Below, one piece after another: positions 38,602 to 49,070 of a DNA stretch of 64,000 nt. The stretch's first letter is position 1. Every line of letters starts with the position of its first letter. The stretch is from Candidatus Brocadiia bacterium (GTDB lineage: Bacteria > Planctomycetota > Brocadiia > CAIUPP01), in assembly GCA_050015075.1 (NCBI GenBank), contig JBEKCB010000002.1, positions 1 to 64,000 of the forward strand. Direction: 5' to 3'. The position numbers were made by a program, and so were the translations under genes. The notes under the pieces are model-generated. The model was not told where the DNA came from and did no database searches. It worked only from the letters and a program-made list of their open reading frames with translations.

Positions 38602-39948
38602 ATGGCCGCGAAGGTTCTTTCCAGAATTCTGATCGTCGCGGCGGCCTTTGTGCTGATCGCCGCGGCGGCGGTGGCGCTGCACCTGCGCGGCGCGGCGTCG
38701 AATCATGAGGGCCGCGCTGCGCTCGCAGCGCCGGGCGAGCCGAAGGCGCCGACGAAGGTGATGTACCACTGCCCGATGCACCCGAATTACATTTCCGATC
38801 ATCCGGGCAAGTGCCCCATCTGCGGGATGGACCTGGTGCCGTTTACGCCCGGGGAGACGGAGCAGACGCCGCCTCAGCCGGGCCTCGAAACTCACGCGCC
38901 GCTCACGCTCAGCCCCGAGCGGCGGCAGTTGATCGGCCTGCAGCTCGGCACGGTGGAGAAGAGGCGCGTGACCCGCACGATCCGCGCGGCGGGCCGCGTG
39001 GAGTACAACGAAAAGACGCTGGCGACGGTCAGCCTGAAGTTCGGCGGCTGGGTCGAGGAGCTGATGGTGAAGTCGGTGGGCGAGACGGTGCGCAAGGGCT
39101 CGCCGCTGATGGCGATCTACAGCCCGGGTCTGCTCGAGGCGCAGCACAATTACCTCGTGGCGCGCGCGGCGCTGACGGCGCTGGGAAAGGACGCATCGGC
39201 GGACTCGCGCTCGCTCGCGGAGGAGATGCTCCGCAGCGCCCGGGAGCGCCTGCGGCTCTGGGATTTCACCGATGAGCAGTTGAAGGCGATCGAGTCGTCC
39301 GGGCAGGCCGAGCATGACGTGACAATCTTCTCGAAGGTGGATGGCGTGGTGACCGCGCGCAACGTGGCGCTCGGGAGCAATGTGGAGCCGGGCAGGGACC
39401 TCTTCCAGATCGCCGACTTGACGACGGTCTGGATGCTGGCGGATGTTTTCGAGTCCGAGGCGCCGCTGGTCAAAGTCGGGCAGCAGGCGAAGATCGAACT
39501 GATCGCCTTCCCCGGCGAGCCGCTGACCGGGACCGTGTCGTACATTTATCCCGCGCTCGACGAGTCCACGCGGACGCTGCGGGTTCGGCTGGAGTGCCCG
39601 AACCCGGACGGCCGGCTGAAGCCCGGGATGTTCTCGGCCGTCTCCATCGCCGTGGACCTGGGCGAGCAACTGGCGGTGGATGACGATGCCGTGCTGGACA
39701 CCGGCCTGCGCCAGATCGTCTTCGTGGATAAGGGCGAAGGCCGGCTGGAGCCGCGCGAGGTGGTGGTCGGCGACCGCGCCGACGGACTGGCGATCATCGC
39801 CAAGGGCCTCGACGCGGGCGAGCGAATCGTAACGAGCGGGAATTTCCTGGTGGACTCCGAGAGCCGGATGAAGGCTGCGCTCAGGCAGGTGAGCGGCAAG
39901 GCGGAGCCGGCAGCGAAATCGGGCATGGCGGATATGCCGGGAATGTAG
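38602..39948 (+). CDS. cusB: CusB-like heavy-metal efflux periplasmic adaptor
   Basis: YHCPMHP..PGKCPICGMDL metal-binding domain; IADLTTVW; LKPGMF; GNFLVDSES; Met-rich tail. Confidence 0.92.
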   Translation: MAAKVLSRILIVAAAFVLIAAAAVALHLRGAASNHEGRAALAAPGEPKAPTKVMYHCPMHPNYISDHPGKCPICGMDLVPFTPGETEQTPPQPGLETHAPLTLSPERRQLIGLQLGTVEKRRVTRTIRAAGRVEYNEKTLATVSLKFGGWVEELMVKSVGETVRKGSPLMAIYSPGLLEAQHNYLVARAALTALGKDASADSRSLAEEMLRSARERLRLWDFTDEQLKAIESSGQAEHDVTIFSKVDGVVTARNVALGSNVEPGRDLFQIADLTTVWMLADVFESEAPLVKVGQQAKIELIAFPGEPLTGTVSYIYPALDESTRTLRVRLECPNPDGRLKPGMFSAVSIAVDLGEQLAVDDDAVLDTGLRQIVFVDKGEGRLEPREVVVGDRADGLAIIAKGLDAGERIVTSGNFLVDSESRMKAALRQVSGKAEPAAKSGMADMPGM

Positions 39949-39980
39949 GCGAGGACGACGGGAAGGCGCATTGGCGCAGT

Positions 39981-40065
39981 TCGTCCTCGTCCTCGATCTC
40001 GTCCTCGTCCTCGGTCGTAATAAACGGCCGTTCGAGGACGAGGACGACGACGAGGACGAGGACGA
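39981..40065. repeat. Inverted 6-bp arrays (CGTCCT / AGGACG) between cusB and cusA
   Basis: tcgtcctcgtcctcgatctcgtcctcgtcctcg ... cgaggacgaggacgacgacgaggacgaggacga. Confidence 0.9.
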
Positions 40066-40089
40066 TAGAGGCAAAATGCGAGGCGCATC

Positions 40090-43000
40090 ATGGTTAGCCG
40101 CATCATAGATTTCTGCGCGCGGAACAGGTTCCTCGTCATCGTCCTGACGGCGGCGGCGGTGGCGCTCGGGGTTTACTGTCTGCTGCACATCCCGCTCGAT
40201 GCGGTGCCGGACCTCTCGGACACGCAGGTCATCATCTACTCGCGCTGGGACCGCAGCCCGGACGTGATCGAGGACCAGGTGACGTACCCGATCGTGTCGG
40301 CGATGCTCGGCACGCCGCGCGTCAAGGCGATCCGCGGATTCTCCGATTTCGGCTTCTCGTATGTCTATGTCATCTTCCAGGACGGGACGGACCTGTATTG
40401 GGCGCGCAGCCGGACGCTCGAATACCTAAGCAAAATCCAGCCGCGCCTGCCGGAGGGCGTGCGCACGGAACTCGGCCCGGACGCGACCGCCGTCGGCTGG
40501 GTTTACGAATACTCGGTCGTGGACCGGAGCGGCCAGAATAACCTGGCGCAGTTGCGCTCGTTCCAGGACTGGCGCCTGCGCTACTGGCTCCAGAGCGTGC
40601 CGGGCGTCGCCGAGGTCGCCTCGATCGGCGGATTCCAGAAGCAGTACCAGGTGAATCTCGATCCGGTCGCGCTCCAGGCGTACCATGTGCCGATTTCGAA
40701 AGTGGTGGATGCCCTCCGCGCGGGGAACAACGACGTGGGCGGACGGCTGGTGGAGATGTCCGGCGCGGAGTACATGGTGCGCGGACGCGGCTACGCCAAA
40801 TCGGTGAAAGACATCGAGGAGATCGCCGTCGGCGCGTCGCCGGAAGGCGTGCCGATCCTGGTGAAGAACCTCGGCCGCGTGGCGCTCGGGGCGGACATCC
40901 GCCGTGGCGTGGCCGACCTCGACGGCCAGGGCGACACGGTCGGCGGCATCGTGGTCATGCGCAGCGGCGAGAACGCCCTGTCCGTTATCCAGCGCGTGAA
41001 GGCCAAGTTCGAGGAGATCAAGCCCTCGCTGCCGCCGGGCGTCGAGATCGTGCCGACCTATGACCGCTCGCGGCTGATCCGCGAGTCCATCTCGACGCTG
41101 ACTGACGAACTGATCGCCGCGCTGATCATCGTCAGCATCGTCATCCTCATCTTCCTCTGGCACATCCCCTCGGCGATTGTGCCGATCATCACGATCCCCA
41201 TCGCGGCGTTGCTGGCGTTCATCCCGATGTACCTGCTCGGCGTGACCGCGAACATCATGTCGCTAGCCGGCATCGCCGTCTCGATCGGCGTCCTGGTGGA
41301 TGGAGCGATCGTCGAGGTCGAGAACGCGTACAAGAAACTGGAGCTATGGGTGGAAGGCGGGCGCGTCGGCGATTTTCACGAAGTGCGCCTCCGCGCGCTC
41401 AAGGAGGTCGGCCCGTCGGTCTTCTTCTCGCTGCTGGTGATCGCGGTGGCGTTCATCCCGATCTTCGCCCTCGAGGACCAGGAAGGCCGCCTCTTCAAGC
41501 CGCTGGCCTATACCAAGACCTTCACGATGGCCATCGCCGCGCTGCTGGCGGTCACGCTCGACCCGGCGGTGCGGATGCTCTTCGCGCGGATGGACTGGGT
41601 CCACTTCCGGCCGGGATGGATGTCGTGGATTTTCAACCAGGTCACCGTCGGGCGATACTACCGCGAGGAGAAGCACCCGGTCAGCCGCGTTCTCTTCCGC
41701 CTGTACGAAGGCCCCTGCCGCTTCGTCATCCGGCACCGCGTCGCGACCGTGATCGTGGCGGCCCTGCTCGTGCTGCTGACGATCCCGGTCTATCTCAGCC
41801 TCGGCAGCGAGTTCATGCCGCCGCTCTGGGAAGGCGACCTGCTCTACATGCCGACGACGCTGCCGGGCCTCTCGGTCACGGAGGCGCAGCGGCTGATGCA
41901 GCGGATGGACGAGGTGCTGATGACGGTCCCGGAAGTGGACCGCGTCTTCGGCAAGGCCGGCCGCGCCGAGACCTCGACCGACCCGGCGCCGTTCTCGATG
42001 ATGGAGACGACGATCCTGCTCAGGCCGCCGGCGCAGTGGCGGCCCAAGGAGCGCTGGTACTCGAACTGGCCGCGCTGGATGCAGGCGCCGTTCCGCCCGG
42101 TCTGGCCGGACCACATCAGCAAGGACGACCTGATCGCGGACATGAACGCGAAGATGCAGTTCGCGGGCGCGGCGAATGCCTGGACCATGCCGATCCAGAC
42201 GCGCATTGACATGCTCAGCACCGGCGTCCGCACGCCGATCGGGATCAAGGTTCTCGGCGGCGACCCGAAGCAGATCGAGGACATCGGCACACGGATCGAA
42301 TCGGTCCTCAAGAACCAGCCGGGTATCCGCAGCGTGTATGCCGAACGCGCGGCGAGCGGCTTCTTCCTGGATTTCGAGCTGCGGCGCGACCGCCTGGCGC
42401 GCTATGGGCTTTCCATCGGCGATGCGGAGATGGTGATCACCTCCGCCATCGGCGGCGAGACGGTGACGACCACCGTCGAGGGCCGCGAGCGCTACGGCGT
42501 GAACGTCCGCTACGCGCGCGAGCTGCGCGACGACCTGCCCGCGCTGCGCCGCGTCCTCGTCCCGACGCCCTCGGGCGCACAGGTCCCGCTCGAGGAACTG
42601 GCGGAGCTGCGGCTCGTCCAGGGGCCCGGAATGATCCGCGACGAGAACGGCATGCTCGCCGGCTACGTCTACGTGGACACCGCCGAGAGCGACATCGGCG
42701 GCTTCGTCGGCCGCATCAAGGCCGTCGTGGACCGCGAGATCCATCCGCCGGTGGGCTGCTCGCTCCAGTGGAGCGGCCAATATGAAAACATGCTCCGCGT
42801 CAAGCAGCGCATGCGGGTCGTCGTCCCGATCACGCTCTTCCTGATCTTCGTGCTGCTCTACATGAACACGAAGTCGCTTTTCAAGGCGCTGCTCGTCATG
42901 TTGGCCGTGCCGTTCTCGGCCATCGGCGCCATCGGGCTGCTCTACGTGCTGGGCTACAATATCTCGATCGCGGTCTGGGTCGGGCTGATCGCGCTGCTGG

Positions 43001-43380
43001 GGCTGGACGCGGAGACCGGCGTCTTTATGCTCCTCTTCCTGGACCTTTCCTACCACGAGCGCGTGCGCCAGGGAAAGATGAAGAGCTTCGAGGACCTGAC
43101 CGAGGCGGTCGTTTACGGAGCGGTGAAGCGCATCCGGCCCAAGATGATGACGGTCTGCGCCGCGATGGTCGGCCTGCTGCCGATCATGTGGTCGGCCGGC
43201 GCCGGCGCCGACATGATGAAGCGCGTCGCCGCGCCCCTCGTCGGCGGGCTGGCCACGAGCTTTATCCTGGAGCTGCTCGTCTATCCGGCGGCATACACGA
43301 TATGGAAGTGGCGGTTTGAGATGCGTCGCGGGAGCGCGCAATCGGCCTCGTCCGCGTCCTCGTCCTCGTCCTCGAATTGA
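40090..43380 (+). CDS. cusA: CusA heavy-metal efflux RND permease
   Basis: LDAVPDLSDTQVII, IEDQVTYP, LGPDATAVGWVYEY, GSEFMPPL.EGDLLYMP, DPAPFSMMET, KRIRPKMMT. Confidence 0.96.
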   Translation: MVSRIIDFCARNRFLVIVLTAAAVALGVYCLLHIPLDAVPDLSDTQVIIYSRWDRSPDVIEDQVTYPIVSAMLGTPRVKAIRGFSDFGFSYVYVIFQDGTDLYWARSRTLEYLSKIQPRLPEGVRTELGPDATAVGWVYEYSVVDRSGQNNLAQLRSFQDWRLRYWLQSVPGVAEVASIGGFQKQYQVNLDPVALQAYHVPISKVVDALRAGNNDVGGRLVEMSGAEYMVRGRGYAKSVKDIEEIAVGASPEGVPILVKNLGRVALGADIRRGVADLDGQGDTVGGIVVMRSGENALSVIQRVKAKFEEIKPSLPPGVEIVPTYDRSRLIRESISTLTDELIAALIIVSIVILIFLWHIPSAIVPIITIPIAALLAFIPMYLLGVTANIMSLAGIAVSIGVLVDGAIVEVENAYKKLELWVEGGRVGDFHEVRLRALKEVGPSVFFSLLVIAVAFIPIFALEDQEGRLFKPLAYTKTFTMAIAALLAVTLDPAVRMLFARMDWVHFRPGWMSWIFNQVTVGRYYREEKHPVSRVLFRLYEGPCRFVIRHRVATVIVAALLVLLTIPVYLSLGSEFMPPLWEGDLLYMPTTLPGLSVTEAQRLMQRMDEVLMTVPEVDRVFGKAGRAETSTDPAPFSMMETTILLRPPAQWRPKERWYSNWPRWMQAPFRPVWPDHISKDDLIADMNAKMQFAGAANAWTMPIQTRIDMLSTGVRTPIGIKVLGGDPKQIEDIGTRIESVLKNQPGIRSVYAERAASGFFLDFELRRDRLARYGLSIGDAEMVITSAIGGETVTTTVEGRERYGVNVRYARELRDDLPALRRVLVPTPSGAQVPLEELAELRLVQGPGMIRDENGMLAGYVYVDTAESDIGGFVGRIKAVVDREIHPPVGCSLQWSGQYENMLRVKQRMRVVVPITLFLIFVLLYMNTKSLFKALLVMLAVPFSAIGAIGLLYVLGYNISIAVWVGLIALLGLDAETGVFMLLFLDLSYHERVRQGKMKSFEDLTEAVVYGAVKRIRPKMMTVCAAMVGLLPIMWSAGAGADMMKRVAAPLVGGLATSFILELLVYPAAYTIWKWRFEMRRGSAQSASSASSSSSSN

Positions 43381-43428
43381 TGTTCCGAACGGCCGAGGAC
43401 GAGGACGACGACGAGGACGAGTACGATT
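43340..43428. repeat. Inverted 6-bp arrays (CGTCCT / AGGACG) overlapping the cusA 3' end
   Basis: cctcgtccgcgtcctcgtcctcgtcctcg ... gaggacgaggacgacgacgaggacgagtacgat; left arm encodes the CusA Ser-rich tail. Confidence 0.9.
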
Positions 43429-43490
43429 GGGGCAGCACTTTCCAGCCTTTCGCGGGTTATGATACACTCACTGTCTGAGGCCAAGAACCC

Positions 43491-44825
43491 ATGAACGCTT
43501 TCAAACGAGTTCTGTTTCCGCTCGCGCTGGTGGCGCTGGCCGGCTGCGCCCTGCGCCCCGCGGGCGAGGACGCCGAGCGGCAGCGCGCCGCCGAGGAGGG
43601 CCGGCCGTTCACCGATACGGTCGTTCTGCCGATTCTTCCGGAGAACCCGACGCCGGAGGAGTATCTGCATTTCGCCTTTCTCCGCAACGCCGACCTCCAC
43701 CGGCGCTATTGGGAATGGCGCGCCGCCATCGAGCGCATCCCGCAGGATTCCAGCTTCCCGAACGTCGCGCTCCCGTTCAGCGTCCTGTTCAGCGGCGGGA
43801 AGCAAAAGCTCTGGGACCGGACCACGCTGGGCATCAGCAACGATCCGATGAGCGACATTCCCTTCCCGACGAAGCTCTCGACCGCCGGACGGAAGGCGCT
43901 CCAGGAGGCGCGCGCGGCCGGCCTGCGCTTCGAGGCGGCCAAGTTCCTTCTCCAGTTGCGCGTACTATCCGCCTGCGACGACCTGGCGCTGCTCGCCGAG
44001 ACGATCCGCCTCCGGCAGGCCGACGCGGAACTCCTCCGCCTGATAGTTCGCCTGGCGGCGGTGCGCGCGCAGACCGGCGGCGGACAGCCGGATATCCTCC
44101 GGGCCCAGACATCGCTCGACATGACCGAGAACGACCTGGCTAATCTGCGGACGCAAGTCGCGGGAGTCGCCGCGAAGCTCAACGCGCTCCTCGGGCGTCC
44201 CGCGACCGATCCGGTGCCGCTCCCGACGAGCCTGCCGCCTCTGCGGCCGCTGCCGGTGGCCGACGCGGACCTGATCCGCCTCGCCTCGGAGCGCAGCCCC
44301 GCGCTGCAGGCGCTCGCTCGCGAAGTCGCCGGCAAAGAGGAGGCGCTCTCGCTGGCGAAGCAGGCCTATCTCCCGGACTTCGGCCTGTCGCTCAGCGTCA
44401 CCGGCAGCGTCGCGCAGACGCTCGGCGGCATGCTCGTGCTGCCCACGCGCCTGGAGGCGATCCGCGCCGGCATCGAGGAAGCGCGCGCCAACCTCCAGGC
44501 CGCCGCGGCCGCGCGCACGCAGTACGAGCGCGACCTCGCCGCCAGTTTCGTGCTCAACCTCTATGCCCTGCGCAACGACGACCGCCAGATCAAGCTGTTC
44601 GACGAGACCATCATCCCGCGCGCCCGGCAGATGATCGAGCTGGCTCAGAACTCCTATTCGACCGGTCAGCTCCCGTTTGCGGACCTCGTCGAAGCGGAAC
44701 GCGAACTGCTCAACGCGCGGCTGGTCACCGCTCAACTCGTCGTAGAGCGCGACAAGGCCCTCCTCGCCATCGAGTCCTGGTCCGCCGTGGACGCGGAAGC
44801 GATGAAGCCGAGAATAGCTGAGTAA
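43491..44825 (+). CDS. TolC-family outer-membrane efflux lipoprotein
   Basis: Lipobox LAGC; YLPDFGL; coiled repeats; downstream of cusA. Confidence 0.85.
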   Translation: MNAFKRVLFPLALVALAGCALRPAGEDAERQRAAEEGRPFTDTVVLPILPENPTPEEYLHFAFLRNADLHRRYWEWRAAIERIPQDSSFPNVALPFSVLFSGGKQKLWDRTTLGISNDPMSDIPFPTKLSTAGRKALQEARAAGLRFEAAKFLLQLRVLSACDDLALLAETIRLRQADAELLRLIVRLAAVRAQTGGGQPDILRAQTSLDMTENDLANLRTQVAGVAAKLNALLGRPATDPVPLPTSLPPLRPLPVADADLIRLASERSPALQALAREVAGKEEALSLAKQAYLPDFGLSLSVTGSVAQTLGGMLVLPTRLEAIRAGIEEARANLQAAAAARTQYERDLAASFVLNLYALRNDDRQIKLFDETIIPRARQMIELAQNSYSTGQLPFADLVEAERELLNARLVTAQLVVERDKALLAIESWSAVDAEAMKPRIAE

Positions 44826-44827
44826 GG

Positions 44828-44909
44828 AATATCCAATTTCCAAGTTCCAATTTCCAACTGCGCAGCATCCGGTACTAATTGGATATTGGAAATTGGGATT
44901 TGGAAATTG
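44828..44909. repeat. Inverted 7-bp arrays (AATTTCC / GGAAATT)
   Basis: aatatcc aatttcc aagttcc aatttcc ... aattgga tattgga aattggg atttgga aattg. Confidence 0.88.
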
Positions 44910-44947
44910 CTGAATGTCCTGGCGGCAGCGCAGGATTTCGGAGTCCG

Positions 44948-47299
44948 ATGACAACCCATTATTCTCTGCCGGTTCGGACGCCGCGGGGTCTCAGAATACG
45001 ACTCGTCGTTCTGCCGGCGCTCGTCGCGGTTCTTCTGGCGATGGCAGGCTGCGGCTTCTTCAGTCCGTTGCCGCAGAGGTGCACGGTAGCCGAGCGCGTG
45101 CAGGCCTTCCCGACCGGCCGCCTTCCCATCCGCGAGCCGGTCCGGCTCTACTGGGACTCGCACCTGATCCCGTTTATCGAGGCGCAGCGCGACGACGACC
45201 TGGCGTTCGTCCTCGGCATGGTGCATGCGCATCTGCGGCTGGGGCAGATGGAGATGATGCGCCACATCTCGCAGGGCCGTCTCGCGGAGATGCTCGGACC
45301 GTCCGCGGTCCCGATGGACTATTCGCTGCGCATCCTCAACGTCGGCCGCGCCTCCGCCGAAATCTACCGTGCGATGCCGCCGGAAACCCGCCTCTGGCTC
45401 GACGAGTTCGTCCGCGGCGTCAACTTCTACCAGGGCCGTCTGCGCGAACTGCCGCTCGAGTTCAAGGTGATGGGCCTCGGCCGCGAGCGCTGGACGCCGG
45501 AGGACATCATCACGATGGAGCGTTTCGCCGGCGTGGACGTCAACTGGATCACCGAGTTCCTGCTGCTGCCGATCCGCGGCAAGCCGTACTACCGCGAAGT
45601 CTTCGAGAAATTCCGCGCCGCCGGCGCCGCTTCACTGCCCTCGTTTGCCGGACCGGACGCGACGGTGTCGCTCGCCGGCGCGCTCGGCGGCCTGAGCCGG
45701 TCGGGCAGCAACGCCCTGGCCGTCTCCGGCGGACGCAGCGCCACCGGCGGCGCGATCCTCGCCAACGATCCGCACGTCGCGATCATGATCCCGAACAGTT
45801 GGATCATCGTCGGCTGCCGTTCGCCCTCGTATCACACCATCGGCATGATGTTCCCCGGCGTCCCGTTCGTCGCCATCGGCCGCAACGAGCACGTCGCGTG
45901 GGGCGGCACCAACATGCGCGCGGCTTCGAGCGACCTCTACGATCTCTCCGCCGAGCCTCCCGGAACGATCACGCCGCGGCAGGAGACGGTCCGCGTGCGG
46001 TGGTGGTTCAACCGCAGAGTCACCGTGCGCGAATCGCCCCTCGGGCCGGTCATCAGCGACTCGCCGACGCTGGCCGGCTACCGCGGCTCGCCGCTGGCGC
46101 TGCGCTGGGTCGGCTACGAGCCGACCGACGAGTTCACCGCGGTCCTCAAGGCCAACCGCGCGCGGAACTGGGACGAGTTCCGCGAGGCCTTCCGCGATTA
46201 CGGAATCCCCGGGATGAACGTCCTGTTCGCCGACGACCGCGGCGACATCGGGCAGATCATGGCTGTCCGCGCTCCGGTCCGGCCCGACGCGGCGCCGGAG
46301 GACGTGGTGCTGAACCCGGCCGATCCGGCCTGCCTGTGGCAGGGCTTCAAGGGGCCTTGCGATCTGCCGCAGGGATGGAATCCGCCGGCCGGCTTCCTGG
46401 CCTCGTGCAACAACCTGCCGGCGCGGTCGAATCCGGCGGTCGGCTGGCTCTTCTCGTCGAACGACCGCGTCGCGCGGACCGGCGCGCTGCTCGGCGCGAC
46501 GGGGAAAGTGTCGCTCGACCAGGTGAAGGCCGTTCAGGCCGACGTTTATTCCGCCAGCGACTTCACCCTGCGCGACCTCTTCCTGCGCCGCATCGCCGCC
46601 TGCGGCCTGCAGGAGGAACTCGACCGCCGCCACCCGCAATTCATGGCGGCCCTCGCCGGCTGGGACGGCTACTACGATGCGGACTCAGCCGGCGCGGTGG
46701 CGTTCCAGGCATTGCTCTATCACTTCGCCGACGCGTACTACTCGAAGCGCTACGACAAGCCCATGGCGCAGATGCTCCTGAAATCCGCCTTCGCGCGCGA
46801 GTTCCTCACGAGCGACCTGGCGGAGCCGCCTTCGCCGAACGCCTCGCCGGTGGACCAGCCCGCCGAGATGTGCGCCCTGCTCCGGGACGCGGTCGCCCGA
46901 GCGGCGGAATCCGCAAAGCCGTTCCGCAACTGGGGCGAGATGCACCGCCTTGAGATTGCGCACATCTTCAGCGCGGTCCCGTACATCGGCGGTAAATACC
47001 GCCTGGCGGACTATCCGGCGGCCGGCGCGAATGAAACGCTCTGGAAAACCGCCCACCCGCTGACCGCCTGGAAGAATTCCGCCACCTACGGCGCGGTCGC
47101 GCGCGCGATCATGGACCTCTCGGACGCGGAGGAAAACTACTTCGTTCTTCTCGGCGGCCAGGACGGCCGGCTCCGCAGCGACGCCACGCTCGACCAGGTC
47201 CCGCTCTGGCTCAGCCGGCAATACATCAAAGTGCCGCTGTCGGCGGAGTCCGTCCGGAAGAGCTTCGAGTTCAGCGTGGAGTTGACGCCCGACCGGTGA
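44948..47299 (+). CDS. Penicillin acylase-family Ntn-hydrolase, probable lipoprotein
   Basis: Cleavage site GS|SN-like SGSNALAVSG; ANDPH; IGRNEHVAWGGTN; lipobox-like AMAGC. Confidence 0.92.
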   Translation: MTTHYSLPVRTPRGLRIRLVVLPALVAVLLAMAGCGFFSPLPQRCTVAERVQAFPTGRLPIREPVRLYWDSHLIPFIEAQRDDDLAFVLGMVHAHLRLGQMEMMRHISQGRLAEMLGPSAVPMDYSLRILNVGRASAEIYRAMPPETRLWLDEFVRGVNFYQGRLRELPLEFKVMGLGRERWTPEDIITMERFAGVDVNWITEFLLLPIRGKPYYREVFEKFRAAGAASLPSFAGPDATVSLAGALGGLSRSGSNALAVSGGRSATGGAILANDPHVAIMIPNSWIIVGCRSPSYHTIGMMFPGVPFVAIGRNEHVAWGGTNMRAASSDLYDLSAEPPGTITPRQETVRVRWWFNRRVTVRESPLGPVISDSPTLAGYRGSPLALRWVGYEPTDEFTAVLKANRARNWDEFREAFRDYGIPGMNVLFADDRGDIGQIMAVRAPVRPDAAPEDVVLNPADPACLWQGFKGPCDLPQGWNPPAGFLASCNNLPARSNPAVGWLFSSNDRVARTGALLGATGKVSLDQVKAVQADVYSASDFTLRDLFLRRIAACGLQEELDRRHPQFMAALAGWDGYYDADSAGAVAFQALLYHFADAYYSKRYDKPMAQMLLKSAFAREFLTSDLAEPPSPNASPVDQPAEMCALLRDAVARAAESAKPFRNWGEMHRLEIAHIFSAVPYIGGKYRLADYPAAGANETLWKTAHPLTAWKNSATYGAVARAIMDLSDAEENYFVLLGGQDGRLRSDATLDQVPLWLSRQYIKVPLSAESVRKSFEFSVELTPDR

Positions 47300-47315
47300 G
47301 GAGGCGCCTTGCGAC

Positions 47316-47720
47316 TTACGCCTGTGCCAGCACCGCCTCGAACGGCCGGCTGCCCAGCAGGACGCCGTTGCAGTAGAAGTCGCAGGAATAGCGTCCCGGC
47401 GCGGGCAGCGGCAGGTTCTGGATGTTGAAGGCCAGCTCCACGACCGCCAGCGGGTTGGGGAACTCGATTGTGCCGGAGAGTTGCACCTGCGGCGGATCCT
47501 CGGCATCCGCCTCCTTGCGCACTATCTTCAACTGCCCCGACGCCTTGCCGTGGCCGTCCGTCAGCGAGATGAAGACCTGCAACTGCGGATGCGTGCAGGG
47601 GAAGCCCTTCGTCGAGATGCGGCTGAACAGCCCGATCAGGCTGTGCTTCCGCGTCGTCAGGTCCTGGATGACCTGGTCGCAGATGAGGAGCGCCAGCAAC
47701 GTCGGCGGCGGCTGATCCAA
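47316..47720 (-). CDS. Conserved hypothetical protein (DUF6941-like)
   Basis: LLICDQVIQDLTTRKHSLIGLF...LPAPGRY pattern; GGAGG RBS before the TTG. Confidence 0.65.
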   Translation of the reverse strand: MDQPPPTLLALLICDQVIQDLTTRKHSLIGLFSRISTKGFPCTHPQLQVFISLTDGHGKASGQLKIVRKEADAEDPPQVQLSGTIEFPNPLAVVELAFNIQNLPLPAPGRYSCDFYCNGVLLGSRPFEAVLAQA

Positions 47721-47788
47721 CGCGGGCCTCCCTTTCTGGGCATCCGCTTCTTCGCGCCACTCCTGCGCCGCGGAGATCCGGGCGAACT

Positions 47789-49042
47789 CTACGGATAGAT
47801 TCCGCGGATCCGCGTCGCCTCAGCCACGCGCGACACGGCCAGCGAGAGCGCGGCCTGGCGCAGCGAGCACTTCTCCTGGTCGGCGCGCTTCTGGACGTCG
47901 TGATAGGCGCGCTGCATCACGTCGCGCAGTTCGAGGTTGACCTCGCGCTCGCTCCAGAAATAGGACTGGAGGCTCTGCACCCACTCGAAGTAGCTGACGG
48001 TGACGCCGCCGGCGTTGGCCAGGATGTCGGGCAGGACGGCGATGCCGCGCGATTCGAGGATGGCGTCGGCGTCGGGAGTCGTCGGGCCGTTGGCGGCTTC
48101 GGCGACCACGCGCGCCTTGAGCTTCTTCGCGATGGGCGCGGTGATCTGGTTTTCGAGCGCCGCGGGGACGAGGACGTCGCACGAGGTCGTCAGCAGTTCC
48201 TCGGTGCTGATCTTCGCGCTGCCGGGGAATCCGACGACGCTGCCGGTCTTCTGCTTGTGCTTGAGGACGGCGACCGGGTCGAGCCCCTTGGGATTGATGA
48301 TGCCGCCGCGCGAGTCGTTGACGGCCAGGATCGTATAGCCGACTTCGTTGAGCAGCCGGGCGGCGATGGCGCCGGCGTTGCCGAAGCCCTGCACGACGGC
48401 GGTCGGATCGTTCAGCGGGATGCCGTATCGCTTCGAGGCGGCCTGGATGACGAACAGGCATCCGCGCGCGGTGGCCTCGTTGCGGCCGAGCGATCCGCCG
48501 ATCGAGAGCGGCTTGCCGGTGGTGACGCCCGGCACGCTGTAGCCCAGGTTCATGCTGTACGTGTCCATCAGCCACGCCATGGTCTGCGCGTTGGTGTTGA
48601 CGTCGGGCGCGGGGATGTCGCGCTCGGGGCCGATGATCGGCAGGATTTCGCTGGTGTAGCGGCGGGTCATGCGCTCGAGTTCGCCCAGGGACATCTTCTT
48701 CGGATCGCAGATCACGCCGCCCTTCGCTCCGCCGTACGGGATGCCGACGACGGCGCACTTCCACGTCATCCACATCGCCAGCGCCTTGACTTCGTCCAGG
48801 GTCACGCCCGGATGATAGCGGATGCCGCCCTTGCCGGGGCCGCGGGTGAGGTTGTGCTGCACGCGGAAGCCCTCGAAGACGCGCACGGAGCCGTCATCCA
48901 TCTTGGTCGGAATGGAGACGCAGAGGATGCGGCGCGGATGGGCCAGAACCGCATGGAGGTCGTCATCGAGGTGCGTGCGCTTGGCCACGTCGGCCAACTG
49001 CCTCAGCGCCATTTCCCAGGGATTCCAAGTCTTGGTGGGCAT
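47789..49042 (-). CDS. gdhA: Glutamate dehydrogenase (Glu/Leu/Phe/Val family)
   Basis: GPGKGGIRY, PYGGAKGG, DIPAPDV, GRNEATARG, QGFGNAG, EAANGP, NAGGVTVSYFEW. Confidence 0.95.
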   Translation of the reverse strand: MPTKTWNPWEMALRQLADVAKRTHLDDDLHAVLAHPRRILCVSIPTKMDDGSVRVFEGFRVQHNLTRGPGKGGIRYHPGVTLDEVKALAMWMTWKCAVVGIPYGGAKGGVICDPKKMSLGELERMTRRYTSEILPIIGPERDIPAPDVNTNAQTMAWLMDTYSMNLGYSVPGVTTGKPLSIGGSLGRNEATARGCLFVIQAASKRYGIPLNDPTAVVQGFGNAGAIAARLLNEVGYTILAVNDSRGGIINPKGLDPVAVLKHKQKTGSVVGFPGSAKISTEELLTTSCDVLVPAALENQITAPIAKKLKARVVAEAANGPTTPDADAILESRGIAVLPDILANAGGVTVSYFEWVQSLQSYFWSEREVNLELRDVMQRAYHDVQKRADQEKCSLRQAALSLAVSRVAEATRIRGIYP

Positions 49043-49070
49043 TTCAGGTCTCCTTGCCAGGTGTATGGAT

